Below are positions 9,541 through 19,313 of a DNA stretch of 40,312 bases, piece by piece (position 1 is the first letter of the stretch; every line of letters starts with the position of its first letter). The stretch covers positions 1-40,312 of the IMG/VR virus record IMGVR_UViG_3300010376_000070, one strand, 5' to 3'. Under the pieces are notes generated by a model. It saw nothing but the letters and a program-made list of their open reading frames with translations. It ran no database searches and had not been told where the DNA came from. Position numbers and translations under genes: made by a program. This DNA comes from a virus. Its lineage: Duplodnaviria; Caudoviricetes.

Positions 9541-11297
9541 CCCGGGTACCTCCTTAGCGGTGTCCCTCCGGCGAGGATGGCGGTGCTGTGCGTGCCGTCT
9601 TTAAACGCCACCGCTATCTGTTGTGGTGGCGCGGGGCTGCCTGGCGGCTTGGCGGGGATGGGGCGCGAGAACCTGCCCTTGAGAAGCGAATAAGGATTGC
9701 CCTGCGGGAACGGTGTACCAAACGCGCTTAGCTGCGGTGCCTGCATGCTGGCGTTAGACATAAACGAAAAGAACTCTTCTATAGCGGATTCCAGCGCGCT
9801 AAGGGCTTGTGTGGTGGCTGGGGTGCCTGGCGGTGGCATGCTGGTCAGGTCGGTGACGCTGTAGCGGCGGGGGTCGGTACGTATCAGCACCATCTGGTTC
9901 TCAAGCAGCGGTCCGTAGGTAACTGCCTGGGTGGCGTTGGGACCGTCACCTAGCCCAAATGTGCCTGGTCCCACAAGGATAAAGTACGGCCACATGTCTT
10001 GGTCACCCTGATTAAACAGCGTGACGTACCCGCTGTCTTGGTTGACTACAGCCTGGTTGTCGCCGCCCGTAAACAGCTTGATTGATGGTGGCAGGTTGGT
10101 GCCGTTGGCCTGCATGCCAAACCCTATGCCGCGGTAGCTTGATCCGATGTGGCTTCCGTCTGGCTGCGCGTGTACCACGGTCATTAAGGTCTGCCAGGTG
10201 GTGTTCTGGTGCGCCAGGTTGGTGTTGGTGCCGCGTTGCACTTTGTAGCTGTAGTCCGTTCCTGCGTAACCGCCTACCGCGAGGCTTATCTGGTCTGTTG
10301 GCTGCCAAGGCACTGTGACGTCGGTTTCGCGTAGCACCGTTTCGGTTCCGCTGATGAAGTAAGACAGGCGTATGTAGGGGTTGTTGGCGGTGGTGGTGTG
10401 TTTACCGCCCGTGCTTTCGGTGCGGTAGCCAAGGCGGCATCTGATGCCTGTCTGCCCCGGTGCCCCGCTGTTGTCCATGCGTGCCCATAGGTCTAGGTAG
10501 ACATCTGTGGCAGCAGGCCAGGGGTCAACAGGTCCGATGGTAAAGGTAACCACCTGTTCATCGCTGCCTGCCTGTATGTGCCAGCGGGCGGCCGCGCTGC
10601 GCCCACCGTGCAGTGTGCTGGTGCATTGTGCGCCATCGGAATACAGGTATCCGGTGCCTGCGGTGTTGTATCCGATTGACCAGTTGGGACCTAGACCCGG
10701 GCTGTAGGCGGTGGCGAAGTTGTCCACTGCTGACAGGTAGCTGATGGCGAACACGGATGTGGTGTCATAGGTGCGCCAGAACGCGTCATCGCAGCTGACT
10801 ACCATCTTGAACTTCTGGCGGTTAAACAGGCCGCCCATGATCTTGTCTAAAGGTGGTTTCTCCCAACGCATTTTGGCCCACCAGTAGCCTTGCTCCGGTG
10901 TAAACCATGACAGTGTGCCAGGTTTCTTGGCGTCCCAGCTGTCTATCCAGTCCCGTATCACCTTGCGTGTTGGCTGCCCCGGCCGGCCGTGTGCTTTGAC
11001 GGTTAGGCCCGCTTCCATGGGGTCATACAGGCTGGTGATCCAGGTGCTCCCGTCTTGTGTGGCACCCTTTTGCCTGATGTTTCTCCATGGTGGTATCAGG
11101 CCGTCAACGTCCTCGAGGACTATGCGTTCTGGTATGGTGCGGTCCCAGATCGCCAGGGGGCCAAGGAGATTAAACACTACTGCGTCGTTGTAGCTGCGGT
11201 AGGTGACGTGTGGCAGTGTGCCTTTAAGTAGCCAGCATGCGCCTGCTGGTGTGATGGGGCCTGCGGGGTAGCGGGTGGTGACAGGGAAGAAGCTCAT
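9537..11297 (-). CDS. Minor tail protein, distal tail (Dit-like) with inserted beta-rich/lectin-like domain
   Basis: First gene after the tape measure; GATQDG, WIDSWD, NQGDQDMWP and GTPLRRYP motifs. Confidence 0.8.
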   Translation of the reverse strand: MSFFPVTTRYPAGPITPAGACWLLKGTLPHVTYRSYNDAVVFNLLGPLAIWDRTIPERIVLEDVDGLIPPWRNIRQKGATQDGSTWITSLYDPMEAGLTVKAHGRPGQPTRKVIRDWIDSWDAKKPGTLSWFTPEQGYWWAKMRWEKPPLDKIMGGLFNRQKFKMVVSCDDAFWRTYDTTSVFAISYLSAVDNFATAYSPGLGPNWSIGYNTAGTGYLYSDGAQCTSTLHGGRSAAARWHIQAGSDEQVVTFTIGPVDPWPAATDVYLDLWARMDNSGAPGQTGIRCRLGYRTESTGGKHTTTANNPYIRLSYFISGTETVLRETDVTVPWQPTDQISLAVGGYAGTDYSYKVQRGTNTNLAHQNTTWQTLMTVVHAQPDGSHIGSSYRGIGFGMQANGTNLPPSIKLFTGGDNQAVVNQDSGYVTLFNQGDQDMWPYFILVGPGTFGLGDGPNATQAVTYGPLLENQMVLIRTDPRRYSVTDLTSMPPPGTPATTQALSALESAIEEFFSFMSNASMQAPQLSAFGTPFPQGNPYSLLKGRFSRPIPAKPPGSPAPPQQIAVAFKDGTHSTAILAGGTPLRRYPG

Positions 11298-14200
11298 CGG
11301 GCGCCGAACGCTGCGTTGGTGGCTGCGGTGTACGAGTTGCCGACGCGGTCGGCAAGGTCGTTGAACGCGCTGTGGATGTTGGTGGGGGCGTGATAGTTTT
11401 CGACGTTCACTAGGGGTGCGTTGTGAATGTTGGTGTTGCCGCCTGCGGCCGTGATTTCCCCCGCGGGTTGGCCTTGCTGGGCGGACGCGGCTTGTTCGGG
11501 GGTTAGGCCGGCGGCCGGTTGTTTGGGGCCGGCGAGGTTGGGCAGTTGTGGTTGGGCGCCGACAATGCCGCCGACGAGGCGTGTGATCCAGTCCTGTTGT
11601 CCCAGTTTGGTTTGCGCGAATTGTCCGGGGCCGAAGGTTTGTTGCAGGCCGCCAACCAGGGCGCCGCCAGCTTGGCCGAGGGCGGTGATTCCGGCGTTAA
11701 GTTCTTGCATGCCTATGTTGATGGCAGCGCTAAAGATAGAGCCCGGCGCCCCGGTGCTGATGCCGGATGCGCCTCCGGCTGACCCTGCTGCGGCGCCTGC
11801 GCCTGCGCCTGCGGCGGCTGCGGCGCCGCCAGCTTCCCCTGCTGCGATGCCCGCGTCTATGTCGGCGCCACCGACTGCGCCACCAAGGTCGTAGCGCGGT
11901 AAGTCTTCGATGGCGCCACCAAACAGTGCGCCTGCTGCTGCGCCCGCCTCTGCGGCGCTGATGGCGGTGCTGACGGCGGTGCTGGGCAATGATTCAAGCA
12001 AGCCCACGAGGCCGCCGCCCGTTATTTGGAATCCGGCGCCGTAGCCTGCGGAGGGTGCGATGGCGCCGACCATGGACTTGCCAGGTTGCGGGCCGAGGCC
12101 AACGTCCACCGGCGGGCCGGTCAACGACAGTCCGGTGAATGGGGTTGGTGCGGCAGTGGGTTTGGCGGTGATGGGTCCACCTTCGGGTTGGGCTGCTTTG
12201 GCGCCAGCCATTAAGCCCTCGAAGATGCCCGGGGGTGGTGGTGCAGGCGGTGGCGGTGGTGGTGGTGGTGCTGGCGGTGGTGCCACAGGTTGGGCTGGTT
12301 GGACGGTGCCGCCCTCGTCGTGTAGGGCAGCGCGGAAGGCGTAGACGCCAGCCTGGCCTCCCATGGCGGCGACGTCGCTGGCGGTCAGTACGTGCTCTCC
12401 GGCGTGGGCGATGATGGGCACGGCGCCGCCGCTGGCCATGTGTGGCAGTTGACGCTCCATCGGCGGTCCCTGCCATCCGCTGCGGCGCATGGCATCGATG
12501 TCACTTTGGTACTGGTCGACGTCGGAGGGCTGCATAGGCAGTTGGTTGTAGAAGTCCCAGAAAGGACGCGTGACTGGGGCTCCTGGCGCCGGGGGCGGAA
12601 CGGGTTGCCAGCGGTCCCAAGGCGTCGGGCCGGATGGTGTACGGCTGCCGCCGGTTGGTGCCGAGGCTGCTGATTTCGGGGGGCCGGCTTCCTTGAGTCC
12701 TTCCGGTTCGCTGCCAAGGCCCGCCTCGGGGGAGTGTGGTGGTTCGCCCGGTGCTGGCCCTGGTTCCCCGCCTGGCGCGCCTGGTTCCCCTCCTGGGGCT
12801 CCTGGCCCGCCGAGGCCCGGAACTCCGCCTGCGGGCCAATTGGTGACGAATACGGGCGTCGCGCCGCCGTAACCTGGCACCGCAGCACCTGGCGCGGCAG
12901 CGCCGGGTAGTCCTCCTGCGACAACACCGGCTGGGCCGGCGACCGCGCCGGGTCCTGTACCTGTGCCAGCTACGATGCCGCGTCCCCGCGTGGCTTGGAA
13001 GGCGTCGGCTGCCGACACGGTGTACCGTGTGCCGCGCGCAGTGTCAGACAGGTTGATAGTGCCGTCAGGGTTGTAGCCAGTTGCGGCGATGAAGTGCCCC
13101 TCGCTGAAAGGCTGTCCTGCAATGGAACTTCCGGGGGCCACGTTCAGGATAGAACCAACGCCCGCGTCGATTGACGCCTTAATGGCGTTGAACATCGCCT
13201 GCTGGCTGCCACCTGAACCCGCCATGGCCACGAACCGGCCTGCCGGGTCAAGCCTGTTCAGGCCAGCGGCTTGAGATTCGATTGTGCCACCCGGTGCAAT
13301 GACAGCTTTTAGCTGGTCTTCGCTCATGTTGATGCCGGAGTGGGACAGGATGATCCGGGCTGACGCGTCGATGCAATCGTTTGCATACTGTTGCGCCGCA
13401 ACGGGAATGGTGGACAGGTTTAAGCCGCCGCTGCCACCAGGTCCAGCAGAGGGGGCGACCGTAGGCGCGCCTTGCATCGCGCGGACTACCCGCTGCACAT
13501 AGTCCGGTGGTTGGTCGCCTACCCCAGCCTGCCCGACAACCCGCGCGATCCATTGCGCCTGCGCAACATCGCCGCCGCCTTCAGGGAAGGCGCCTGACAC
13601 GGATGCGCGGTCCCTGATCTGTTGCATGAGGCGGTTGACCTTGCTTTGGAGGTCACCGGCGCCGGTGAACCCCAACGAGGGCACGCCGCCCGGGCCCGGG
13701 CCTTCAACTTTGTTGAACGCTTCGATCAGTCGTATCAGTTGTGCGCTGGCGCCTTGGGCTCCCAGCAACGCCGCCAGGGACCCGGGGGCACCGCCGCCGG
13801 CCGCCGCTGGCGCGCCTGGTGCGGCTGCGGCCGGACCCCCTGCGGGGGCGCCGGGTTGCGGTCCGCCTGGCACCCACTGGTTTTCCGGTGGCGCAGCGAA
13901 CGGGGCGGCGAGCATGCCGATGAGCCCGGAGCCTGCGCCCTTGCCTCCTGGGTATCCCATGGCGGCCTGTGCCCCGCGCATGGCGCCAAACACGGGGGCG
14001 AACGCGAGGTTGGCCAGTAGCTTAATCAGGTTTTCCACGATGCCAGGCAGGCCACGCCCCGCGCCGAAGTCCTTGTCGATTTTGGCGCCCAATTCACCAA
14101 GGTCTTCGGTGCCCTTGCGGGCAGCCTCGTTGAGGCTCATGGCGGCTTTGTACTGGTCGCGTTGTGCGGTGGCTAAGTCGTTCTGCGCCTTCGTGAGATC

Positions 14201-16303
14201 TTCGGCGGTGTGCGTGGTATCCGCTTCCACCGCTTGGAGTTTGGCGCGGGCTTCGGTGACCTTGTGCTGGGCCTCGTAGTAGGACTGCTCAAGGCCGTAC
14301 TGGCGTTCGCTTTCCCCGGGGCGTGGTGGTGCGCCGTACCCGGCGGGGTAGGGGACTTCGATCTTTTCCTTTTCCTTCTTGTTGAGCTCGCCTTCGGTTT
14401 CCAGTTGGTGCATGCGCGCGGTCTGTAAGTCGTTGCGCGCCTTGATGAGATCTTGTTCGGTGGCGTTGTTGTCGTGTTCGAGTTGGTCTACGCGGGCGGC
14501 TTTTTCGGCGACTTCGTGGGCGGCTTGTATGTTGGCCATGCGGCGGCGGTAGTGCTCGGGCGTCTCACCGGGTTCTGGTGGTGCGCCGTATTCGGCGGGG
14601 TAGGGGATCTCCGGTGCTTTGGGGAGTTTCTTGCCGCTTTTGTCCTCTCCGAATAGGCCCGTGGTGTCAGGCGCCTGCCCGGGTGCGGGTTGGTAGGGGC
14701 TGGCGCCGGGCGGGCTCGGCGGGCCGTACACGGGGGCTTCGCCAGGTTTGGCGGGGCCGCCCGGTTGCCCTGGCGCGACGTCGGGGCGAGCTGGACCGGG
14801 CGCCGGGGCGTTGACATAGATGCGCTTGTAATAGTCGGCGGTGCTTTCACCGGGCCTGATGTCTGTGTCGGAGGCGGGTTGCTTCTCGCCGTGCATCAGC
14901 CCGAGGGCGCGTAGGGCGTCGATAAGCAGGAACATCGGGTTAGCGACATCCATGATTACCTCGACGGATTCCTTAATGATGCTAGGTAATCCCTTGAACG
15001 CGCCCTGCAACTCGTGCGCCAGACTGACGATGCCCTGCAGGGCGACCTTCAGTCCTTCCAAGACTTGGCCGCCCAAAGGGGCTAGGCCCGTTTTGATTTC
15101 GTTGGTGAACTGGTTCCAGATGTTGGACAGCTCTTTGGTCTTGTTCGCCATCTCGTCAAGGCTGCCCGGTGCCGCGTCGAACGCGTGGGCGCCGGCGCGC
15201 ACGGTGTTGACGTACATCTCGGCGCCCTTAGCAGCCTCCGCCCAGCGCCGTTGCCCGAACACGGTCAGCGCGATTTCGTCAGCTTTGGCGTCCTCGTTAA
15301 TGGAGTGGTAGTAGCGCATCGCGTCCACGGCGCGTTGAATGTATTGGGGCAGAGCTTCTTCCGGTTGGCCAGCCTTGCGGCGGTCTTCGTTGGACTTGAC
15401 CAGCTGCTTCTCAGCAACTTCTAGGCCTGCCATAGCTTTACCGGAGTCGATGGAGTGCGCGGAAAGCTCGGCCAACAGGTGCCCCTCCTGTTGGATGCTG
15501 AGGCCGAGCTCCTGGGACACGCTGGCCCAGCGTGCGGTGTCGCTGACCAGTTGCGGCAGCAAGACAGCGTGCTCGCGGGCCTGCTCGTTGAGAGACGCCA
15601 GCGCCGCGTCGGCCTCGTCGGCGCTAAGCCCGTAGATGCTGAGCGCGCCAGCTAGGGACTGTACGTCAAGGCTGCCCCAGCGGTCACGCAGCATCTCGAC
15701 GTGGCCGACTAGTGTGGACACTTGTTCGCCAGTGGCGCCCAATCGTGTTGCTAGGGTGGCGAAGTCGGTGCCCACGTTCTTCATGGACGTGTCTAAGGTG
15801 CCCACTAGGCGTTCGGCGGCGCCGGACATTTCCTCTAGCGCTGCGCCAGACGCGGCGGTGTGGACGACGATGTCGCGGTGCATTTGGGCGAACTGTTCGC
15901 CTACGTCCACAATGACTTTCATGATGCCGACGTCAATGGCCACGCCTAGCGCGGCCACGAACGCAGCCCCTGCGAGGGTCCCAGCCTCGCCGGCCCCTTT
16001 GGTGAGCTCGGTAAAGGTCCGCATGATGCCGCGCCCGGATTCAAGTTCGGCGCCGCTGAAGCCCTTGTTGAGGGCTTCCATGAATTTAGTTGCGGTGTTG
16101 GCGCCGTGTTGGGAGGCGGCTTGTTCTACGTCGCGGAAGGTTTCACGTATGACATAGCTGCTTTTGCCGCCAGCTGCCATGCCTGCGTTGAAGGCTTCCC
16201 CAGCCTTAACGCCCATGGCGCCGTATTGGGCTTCGAGGGCGCTGGCGTTGGCTGCGATGGCGCGTTCGTCAAGGCGGGTCACCACGTCAATGTGAATGGC
16301 CAA
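11294..16303 (-). CDS. Tape measure protein with an embedded C39-like peptidase domain
   Basis: 1669 aa, Ala/Gly-rich and helical, the longest ORF, directly after the tail chaperones; starts MAIHIDVVTRLD. Confidence 0.92.
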   Translation of the reverse strand: MAIHIDVVTRLDERAIAANASALEAQYGAMGVKAGEAFNAGMAAGGKSSYVIRETFRDVEQAASQHGANTATKFMEALNKGFSGAELESGRGIMRTFTELTKGAGEAGTLAGAAFVAALGVAIDVGIMKVIVDVGEQFAQMHRDIVVHTAASGAALEEMSGAAERLVGTLDTSMKNVGTDFATLATRLGATGEQVSTLVGHVEMLRDRWGSLDVQSLAGALSIYGLSADEADAALASLNEQAREHAVLLPQLVSDTARWASVSQELGLSIQQEGHLLAELSAHSIDSGKAMAGLEVAEKQLVKSNEDRRKAGQPEEALPQYIQRAVDAMRYYHSINEDAKADEIALTVFGQRRWAEAAKGAEMYVNTVRAGAHAFDAAPGSLDEMANKTKELSNIWNQFTNEIKTGLAPLGGQVLEGLKVALQGIVSLAHELQGAFKGLPSIIKESVEVIMDVANPMFLLIDALRALGLMHGEKQPASDTDIRPGESTADYYKRIYVNAPAPGPARPDVAPGQPGGPAKPGEAPVYGPPSPPGASPYQPAPGQAPDTTGLFGEDKSGKKLPKAPEIPYPAEYGAPPEPGETPEHYRRRMANIQAAHEVAEKAARVDQLEHDNNATEQDLIKARNDLQTARMHQLETEGELNKKEKEKIEVPYPAGYGAPPRPGESERQYGLEQSYYEAQHKVTEARAKLQAVEADTTHTAEDLTKAQNDLATAQRDQYKAAMSLNEAARKGTEDLGELGAKIDKDFGAGRGLPGIVENLIKLLANLAFAPVFGAMRGAQAAMGYPGGKGAGSGLIGMLAAPFAAPPENQWVPGGPQPGAPAGGPAAAAPGAPAAAGGGAPGSLAALLGAQGASAQLIRLIEAFNKVEGPGPGGVPSLGFTGAGDLQSKVNRLMQQIRDRASVSGAFPEGGGDVAQAQWIARVVGQAGVGDQPPDYVQRVVRAMQGAPTVAPSAGPGGSGGLNLSTIPVAAQQYANDCIDASARIILSHSGINMSEDQLKAVIAPGGTIESQAAGLNRLDPAGRFVAMAGSGGSQQAMFNAIKASIDAGVGSILNVAPGSSIAGQPFSEGHFIAATGYNPDGTINLSDTARGTRYTVSAADAFQATRGRGIVAGTGTGPGAVAGPAGVVAGGLPGAAAPGAAVPGYGGATPVFVTNWPAGGVPGLGGPGAPGGEPGAPGGEPGPAPGEPPHSPEAGLGSEPEGLKEAGPPKSAASAPTGGSRTPSGPTPWDRWQPVPPPAPGAPVTRPFWDFYNQLPMQPSDVDQYQSDIDAMRRSGWQGPPMERQLPHMASGGAVPIIAHAGEHVLTASDVAAMGGQAGVYAFRAALHDEGGTVQPAQPVAPPPAPPPPPPPPAPPPPGIFEGLMAGAKAAQPEGGPITAKPTAAPTPFTGLSLTGPPVDVGLGPQPGKSMVGAIAPSAGYGAGFQITGGGLVGLLESLPSTAVSTAISAAEAGAAAGALFGGAIEDLPRYDLGGAVGGADIDAGIAAGEAGGAAAAAGAGAGAAAGSAGGASGISTGAPGSIFSAAINIGMQELNAGITALGQAGGALVGGLQQTFGPGQFAQTKLGQQDWITRLVGGIVGAQPQLPNLAGPKQPAAGLTPEQAASAQQGQPAGEITAAGGNTNIHNAPLVNVENYHAPTNIHSAFNDLADRVGNSYTAATNAAFGAR

Positions 16304-16306
16304 TGG

Positions 16307-16739
16307 TTATTCCTCGTCGGCTTGGGGGGTTCGGTCGGCCCACGCGTATATGTCGTCTCGTGCTTCGAGCAGTTCTTCGCGTTCCTCGATGCGCTTGCGT
16401 AGCTGCGAGGGTGTGATGAATAGGATGGAGCCGAGTTCCTCTGAGCTGGCTTGCGGGACTTGCGAGGCGCGTAGCACGGCCAGCTCGTTGGCGGTTTGGT
16501 AGACGGCCGCTAGTGCTGGGGGTGGCTCGGTTAACCATTCGTGGATGGGGTTGTAACGTGCCAAGGCTGGTTTGAACGCGCCGGTCTCAGGCATGTACTC
16601 GCAGAGTTCAAGGAGCTCAAAGCTTGACATGTCCCCGGTATGCCAGTCGGCTATGCGGCGGTGGTGGAATTGGCTTAGGTCGCTTGCGATTTCACCTGGG
16701 AATAGTCGCCATAGGACTAGCGCTGCCATTACTTTTGGA
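16307..16739 (-). CDS. Tail assembly chaperone, frameshift-extended part
   Basis: PKVMAALVLWRLFPGEIASDL.. lies in the +1 frame relative to 16692-17228 and ends 3 nt before the tape measure start. Confidence 0.8.
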
Positions 16740-17228
16740 GTCTCGTTCGGCGCGGTCTGCGATGACCAGGCCTTGTTCGTTCCAGATGCGCCAGACATCG
16801 GCGGAGGATTTTCCGCCTGCGCGTAGCTGATTGTAGATGTCCATGCCGAGGGCGACTTGCACCACGCGGACGCTGTGGGGTGGTTTGATAAGTTGGCCCT
16901 CTTTGCGGTAGGGCTCGAGGATGGCGCCCTTGCGGGTTTCGGAGGGTAGCACTACCCCGGATTCAAGGTGTTGTTCGGGGAAGTAGGTGTCAGGTGCGCG
17001 GTCGTATTGGGTTTCGATTTCGAACAGCAGCTCTTCGTAGTCAGCTTGGCGTTCGTCGTCCAGCATGCGAAGGTTGGGGTGTGGGGGTATGTCGATGGTG
17101 GTGCCGTCGGACAGTTCTAGGGCAACGTTGGCGAATACGCCGTTGTATTGGGCGGCTTGTTCGCGGGCGCGCCGGCCGGTGTTGGGTTGGGGCATAGCGG
17201 GTTTCGCTTTCGGGGTTGGGAGGCTCAC
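16692..17228 (-). CDS. Tail assembly chaperone
   Basis: Between the major tail gene and the tape measure; IPPHPNLRMLDD motif; ends DSKSNGS. Confidence 0.85.
   Translation of the reverse strand: MSLPTPKAKPAMPQPNTGRRAREQAAQYNGVFANVALELSDGTTIDIPPHPNLRMLDDERQADYEELLFEIETQYDRAPDTYFPEQHLESGVVLPSETRKGAILEPYRKEGQLIKPPHSVRVVQVALGMDIYNQLRAGGKSSADVWRIWNEQGLVIADRAERDSKSNGSASPMATIPR
16733..16739 (-). other. Candidate programmed +1 frameshift site TCC-AAA-A
   Basis: GAC TCC AAA AGT in frame 0 against CCA AAA GTA ATG in frame +1. Confidence 0.6.
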
Positions 17229-17259
17229 GGGGCGCGCGCCGGATGGACCACGCGCCCCG
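17228..17259 (-). terminator. GC-rich hairpin after the major tail gene
   Basis: 9-bp inverted repeat cggggcgcg / cgcgccccg with a 14-nt loop; no clear U-tract. Confidence 0.4.
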
Positions 17260-17276
17260 CTAGCCGGTTTATGGGG

Positions 17277-18098
17277 TTACGGTCCGGTGGGTGCAGCTAG
17301 GTCATCCCAGGCGTCGCCGCCGATCCAGAAGGTGTAGAGCGCCTGGATGAGGTCGCCGGAGGCCGGGTCCGCAGCGTCGGTGTTGACGTGGAAGGGGTCG
17401 GGCAGCACGGTCCATGTCAGTGACGGTGCGTCGGCGTCGGTCTTTGAGCGCTTGACGTTGCCAATGTCGGTGAGCTTGCACAATGGATAGACTTCGGCGC
17501 TGTAGAGGTTCTTGCCCGTCTTCTTCTTGTTGAACAGTAGCAAGATCTGGCGGTCGATGCTGTCTGCGTCAACGGGTTTGGAGATGTTGAACTTGGCTTC
17601 GCCCACGTCCTCCACGATGCTGGTTCCGTCGCCTAGGGACAGTGGGAGGTTCATGCGGAGCCGTAGGAGCAGCGGTTTGAATACCTCCACGGGCGTTGTT
17701 TGAATAGTGATGCCTTCCTGTGTCAAATCGGTATCGAAGGGGAAATTACTCTGGAGGATCATCGCGTCGTCATGCCTGATGTTCGCTTTGCGGTCCGGGC
17801 CACCGCGTTCCTCGATGGCGCCGAGCAACCACCACCCTTCGTTTGTCGCGCTGTTGACTTGCCATTGACCGTCTACGCGGATGTAGGCGAGCAGGTCATC
17901 ACGCAGTTTTCCGTCGGTGGCGAATGGTGACCAGTTCACGGTCGGTGGGGTGCCGGCCGCCAGTGGGCTGATGTCGGTGTCTTTGCCGCGGTTGTCGCGG
18001 ATAAGCACCGAGCAGAACGGGCCGCGTGAGTAGAAGCGGTTGTCCACGACATCGTACCCGCCGTCTTTCCAACTGACGCCGGTGGTGGGAATAGCCAT
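17277..18098 (-). CDS. Major tail protein
   Basis: 273 aa; VLIRDNRG, MILQSNFPFDTDLT and LPDPF motifs; RBS AAAGGAA. Confidence 0.88.
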   Translation of the reverse strand: MAIPTTGVSWKDGGYDVVDNRFYSRGPFCSVLIRDNRGKDTDISPLAAGTPPTVNWSPFATDGKLRDDLLAYIRVDGQWQVNSATNEGWWLLGAIEERGGPDRKANIRHDDAMILQSNFPFDTDLTQEGITIQTTPVEVFKPLLLRLRMNLPLSLGDGTSIVEDVGEAKFNISKPVDADSIDRQILLLFNKKKTGKNLYSAEVYPLCKLTDIGNVKRSKTDADAPSLTWTVLPDPFHVNTDAADPASGDLIQALYTFWIGGDAWDDLAAPTGP

Positions 18099-18129
18099 AT
18101 TAGTTCCTTTTCAACGGGTTTGGTGATGA

Positions 18130-18167
18130 CCGGAACCAACTTCCGGCAGGCCCCGCGCCAGGCGGGG
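18130..18167. promoter_or_regulatory. Two small hairpins in the major-tail leader
   Basis: ccggaa/ttccgg (18130-18146) and ccccgc/gcgggg (18151-18167). Confidence 0.35.
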
Positions 18168-18176
18168 ACGTTTGTT

Positions 18177-19313
18177 TTAACTTGCAGCGATGGCGGCGAC
18201 GCCAGCTGTCCATGCGGTGCCGCCGGCGGTCTGGACCCATTCGTAGCTGTTGGGTGGCGATCCGATCTGGTAGCCGGCCCACATGTTTCCGGTGGGGCTG
18301 AGGGTGATCCAACCGGCGGGGGGACCAGTCGAGACGGAGGTGGTTGCCGTTGTGCCGACGACGAATGTGGGCGTGGTCGTGTTGCCCGAGGATCCCGAGT
18401 CGATGGCGGTGGTGACGGCGTCGCCGCGGCTGGCCGCGTTGATGATTGGTGTTGGTCCCAGTCCGGCAACTTCGTACGCCACGTTGCCCGCGTTGTAACT
18501 GATGTTCTTTGTGCCAAAGTCGATCCCGTTGCCTGTTGGGCAGTCAGGCAATACCCAGCCGATCGAGGAGCAGCCGGGGAGAGAGTAAACGGTTGTGATC
18601 GCGTTGGCGCCGCCGTCGTTCCATATCGGGTAGGCGCCTGCCGCGTTGCTGCCGTTGAACGTGGGCGTGTCTACCACTGGTGTTCCGCTGGCCAGCACGC
18701 CAGACAGGACTACAACCGTGTTTCCGGTGGTGACTGGGTTGGTGAAGTTGAGCGGAAAGGTTGTGCCCGTTGCGGTTTGGACGAGTGTTATCGGTGATGG
18801 TGGGATGAGGACGGCGGCCATGCTGATGGCTGGTGTGAACGGCAACGCGAACGCGGCCGGGACCAGCGCTGGTGGTGCTGAGGCTGTTTCGGCTGGCACG
18901 TAGGAGAGGCCGATTGTGTAGCGGCCCACCTTGCGGAGGATCTGGGTGTCTTCGTAGAGGACCCAGATCGGGGATTCGAACACGGTGACGTAATCGACGC
19001 TGGCCTGGCGGCCGCCGTTGAGGGTGATGGGGTCGCCGTAGCGGGCCAGCTGCAGCATGCGGCGGTGGGTGCGCTTGGCCTCGTTCTTGGCTGCGCCCCA
19101 GCCGAGGGCCTTGTCGCACAAGGTGTGGACGGATACGACGGGGTCGGCGAGGCCAAGGTCAGGCAGTTCAGGTCCGGTGACTTGGGTGACGATGGTGAAT
19201 GGCAGCGGGTCGCCGGTCTCGCGGGCGGATCCGGAGCGGCGCAGCGGGGCCATCCATGCGATGATGAGCTCTTCGGCGTCCTCGGCGCATTCGAACAGCA
19301 GGTCTGCGGTCAT
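18177..19313 (-). CDS. Tail terminator protein with a ~235-aa C-terminal beta-rich extension
   Basis: First ~140 aa (DAEELIIAW..GDPLPF..VVSVHT..Y..GLSYV) match actinophage tail terminators, followed by a Thr/Gly-rich extra domain. Confidence 0.8.
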   Translation of the reverse strand: MTADLLFECAEDAEELIIAWMAPLRRSGSARETGDPLPFTIVTQVTGPELPDLGLADPVVSVHTLCDKALGWGAAKNEAKRTHRRMLQLARYGDPITLNGGRQASVDYVTVFESPIWVLYEDTQILRKVGRYTIGLSYVPAETASAPPALVPAAFALPFTPAISMAAVLIPPSPITLVQTATGTTFPLNFTNPVTTGNTVVVLSGVLASGTPVVDTPTFNGSNAAGAYPIWNDGGANAITTVYSLPGCSSIGWVLPDCPTGNGIDFGTKNISYNAGNVAYEVAGLGPTPIINAASRGDAVTTAIDSGSSGNTTTPTFVVGTTATTSVSTGPPAGWITLSPTGNMWAGYQIGSPPNSYEWVQTAGGTAWTAGVAAIAAS

